This document shows positions 50,356-51,885 of a stretch of 51,885 bases of DNA, one piece after another. Position 1 is the stretch's first letter. Each line of letters opens with the position of its first letter. The notes below the pieces were generated by a model, which was given only the letters and a program-made list of their open reading frames with translations, was not told the DNA's origin and searched no databases. The stretch lies in NCBI GenBank assembly GCA_046483165.1, contig JAWODQ010000043.1, positions 1-51,885 of the forward strand, written 5' to 3'. A program made the position numbers and the translations under genes. Origin of the DNA: Bacillota bacterium. Lineage in GTDB: Bacteria > Bacillota > Sulfobacillia > SLMV01.

Positions 50356-51885
50356 GTGAGCGGACCTAGTGAGAGTCGCAATGAGGCGAGATATGGCGGG
50401 AGATGCCGGGGGGCATCCCCTTTCTCATCCGGCGCCGAAGTGCGCGCCGCAATTGAGACCGCCCGGCAGGTTGCTCCGGGCTGGGGAGCCCGATCCTTCG
50501 ATGCCCGGATGCGGGTACTTAGGCAAATACGCCACGAGATCACCCACAGTACCCCCAGGTTGATCGACGCCATTTGTTCCGATACCGGTAAGGTGCAGCT
50601 CGAGGCACTTATGGCCGACATTTATCCCACCCTGGATATCCTCCACTATTACGAGCGAAACCTCGCCGGGATCCTCAGTCCCGAGCGAAGATCTTCCTTC
50701 CTCGATCCCTTCCGATCCGCCTGGGTGGAGTACTATCCGGTGGGCGTGGTGGCCGTAATAGCTCCCTGGAACTACCCCTTCCAGCTCGCGGTGGTTCCCA
50801 CCATTACTGCCCTGGCGGCGGGAGATACCGTGGTGCTGAAACCCTCCGAGCTGACTCCGCGCGTCGGCGACGAGATCGAGGCCCTCTTTTCTCGCATACC
50901 GGACCTGGGAGCAGGCCAGGTGCAGATAGTGCGCGGGGCGGCCGAGGTGGGTCGAGCCGTGGTGGAAGCCTCACCCGATCTCATATTCTTCACCGGCAGC
51001 CGGGAGACGGGGCAGAAGATAATGGAGTCGGCTGCCGGGGACATAACTCCTCTAATATTGGAACTGGGCGGCAAAGACCCCTTCATCGTATTGGAGGACG
51101 CGGAGCTGGAGCGTGCCGCCGCAGGGGCGGTTTACGCGAGTTTCGCCAACACTGGACAGCTTTGCGTCTCCGCCGAGCGTATCTACGTGCACGAATCCGT
51201 CATCGACCCCTTTTTGCGGCTGGCGAGAGAGGAGACCACTCGGCTTCGGGTGAACCGGGGTCCGCAGGGAGATATCGGTCCCCTCACCCCCGAGGGGGCC
51301 GGGGAGCGGATCCGAGGTCAGATCCGCGACGCGGTGAATAAGGGTGCCCGCATCGTGACGGGCTCAGCCGATGCCATAGATCCGCCTTCGGAGGGGGAAG
51401 TGATGTCTCCCTACATCCTGGCGGATGTCGATCATGGCATGGCCGTAATGACCCGGGAGACTTTCGGTCCCGTGATGCCCGTCATGAGTTTCTCCGATGA
51501 CGAAGAGGCCGTGCGGCTTGCGAATGACAGCGAATACGGGCTGGGCGCGAGCGTATGGACGCGCGATTTTGACCGGGGACGCCGCCTGGCGTCGAGATTG
51601 CGGGTGGGAAGCTGCGGCATAAACGACGTCATCAAGAATGTCGGCGCTCCCGAACTTCCCTTCGGTGGCGTTGGAGGAAGCGGTGTGGGCCGTTATCATG
51701 GGCCCGAGGGCCTACGCAACTTCTCGCACACTCGCTCTGTCGTCATCCATCGACCTATGAGAAAAAGGGAACTCAACTGGTTTCCCTTCTCGCCCGGGGT
51801 TTACCGGAATTTGAGTAGATATCTGAGATATCGCTTCGGCAACCTGTCACTTCGAGAAAAACTCGGCATCCTGCTCGACCAGCTT
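50356..51885 (+). CDS. NAD(P)-dependent aldehyde dehydrogenase (3' end runs off the window)
   Basis: Not in the ORF track because it has no stop in the window. SD GGAGGTG plus GTG 50356; PVGVVAVIAPWNYP, LKPSE, FTGS, LELGGKDP, NTGQLCVS (catalytic Cys), ETFGPV and PFGG motifs. Confidence 0.93.
   Translation, partial: MSGPSESRNEARYGGRCRGASPFSSGAEVRAAIETARQVAPGWGARSFDARMRVLRQIRHEITHSTPRLIDAICSDTGKVQLEALMADIYPTLDILHYYERNLAGILSPERRSSFLDPFRSAWVEYYPVGVVAVIAPWNYPFQLAVVPTITALAAGDTVVLKPSELTPRVGDEIEALFSRIPDLGAGQVQIVRGAAEVGRAVVEASPDLIFFTGSRETGQKIMESAAGDITPLILELGGKDPFIVLEDAELERAAAGAVYASFANTGQLCVSAERIYVHESVIDPFLRLAREETTRLRVNRGPQGDIGPLTPEGAGERIRGQIRDAVNKGARIVTGSADAIDPPSEGEVMSPYILADVDHGMAVMTRETFGPVMPVMSFSDDEEAVRLANDSEYGLGASVWTRDFDRGRRLASRLRVGSCGINDVIKNVGAPELPFGGVGGSGVGRYHGPEGLRNFSHTRSVVIHRPMRKRELNWFPFSPGVYRNLSRYLRYRFGNLSLREKLGILLDQL

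Overview
Replication-origin region of a GC-rich (roughly 60%) Bacillota-like chromosome. T-box, remB and sigmaA-type promoters point to Firmicutes; very acidic exported proteins and a betaine transporter suggest a saline habitat. The first 20.8 kb is core: mnmE(partial)-jag-yidC-yidD-rnpA-rpmH on the minus strand, then dnaA-oriC-dnaN-yaaA-recF-dciA-remB-[arsR::arsC fusion]-gyrB-gyrA, an AIR-synthase-like gene, DUF1847, a Ser T-box leader followed by class II aldolase-mtnA-serS, and three tRNAs. The remaining ~31 kb is accessory catabolic DNA: peptidases and amidohydrolases, a Dpp-like ABC transporter lacking ATPases, gamma-glutamyltransferase, a PAS-GGDEF-HD-GYP protein, a glycine-betaine ABC transporter, and a lysine-6-dehydrogenase-like gene with an aldehyde dehydrogenase. 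Elements the ORF track does not show: (1) a serine T-box that controls methylthioribose/deoxyribose salvage genes placed ahead of serS; (2) a second DnaA-box cluster between two tRNA-Ser genes about 15 kb from oriC; (3) a UGA-interrupted (UPFC) peroxiredoxin-like selenoprotein with a SECIS-like hairpin; (4) an apparent AUA start codon; (5) a macrodomain pseudogene; (6) a long structured leader upstream of the betaine transporter. No CRISPR array, integrase, transposase or rRNA was seen. All product calls are from motif recognition by eye, with no database search.
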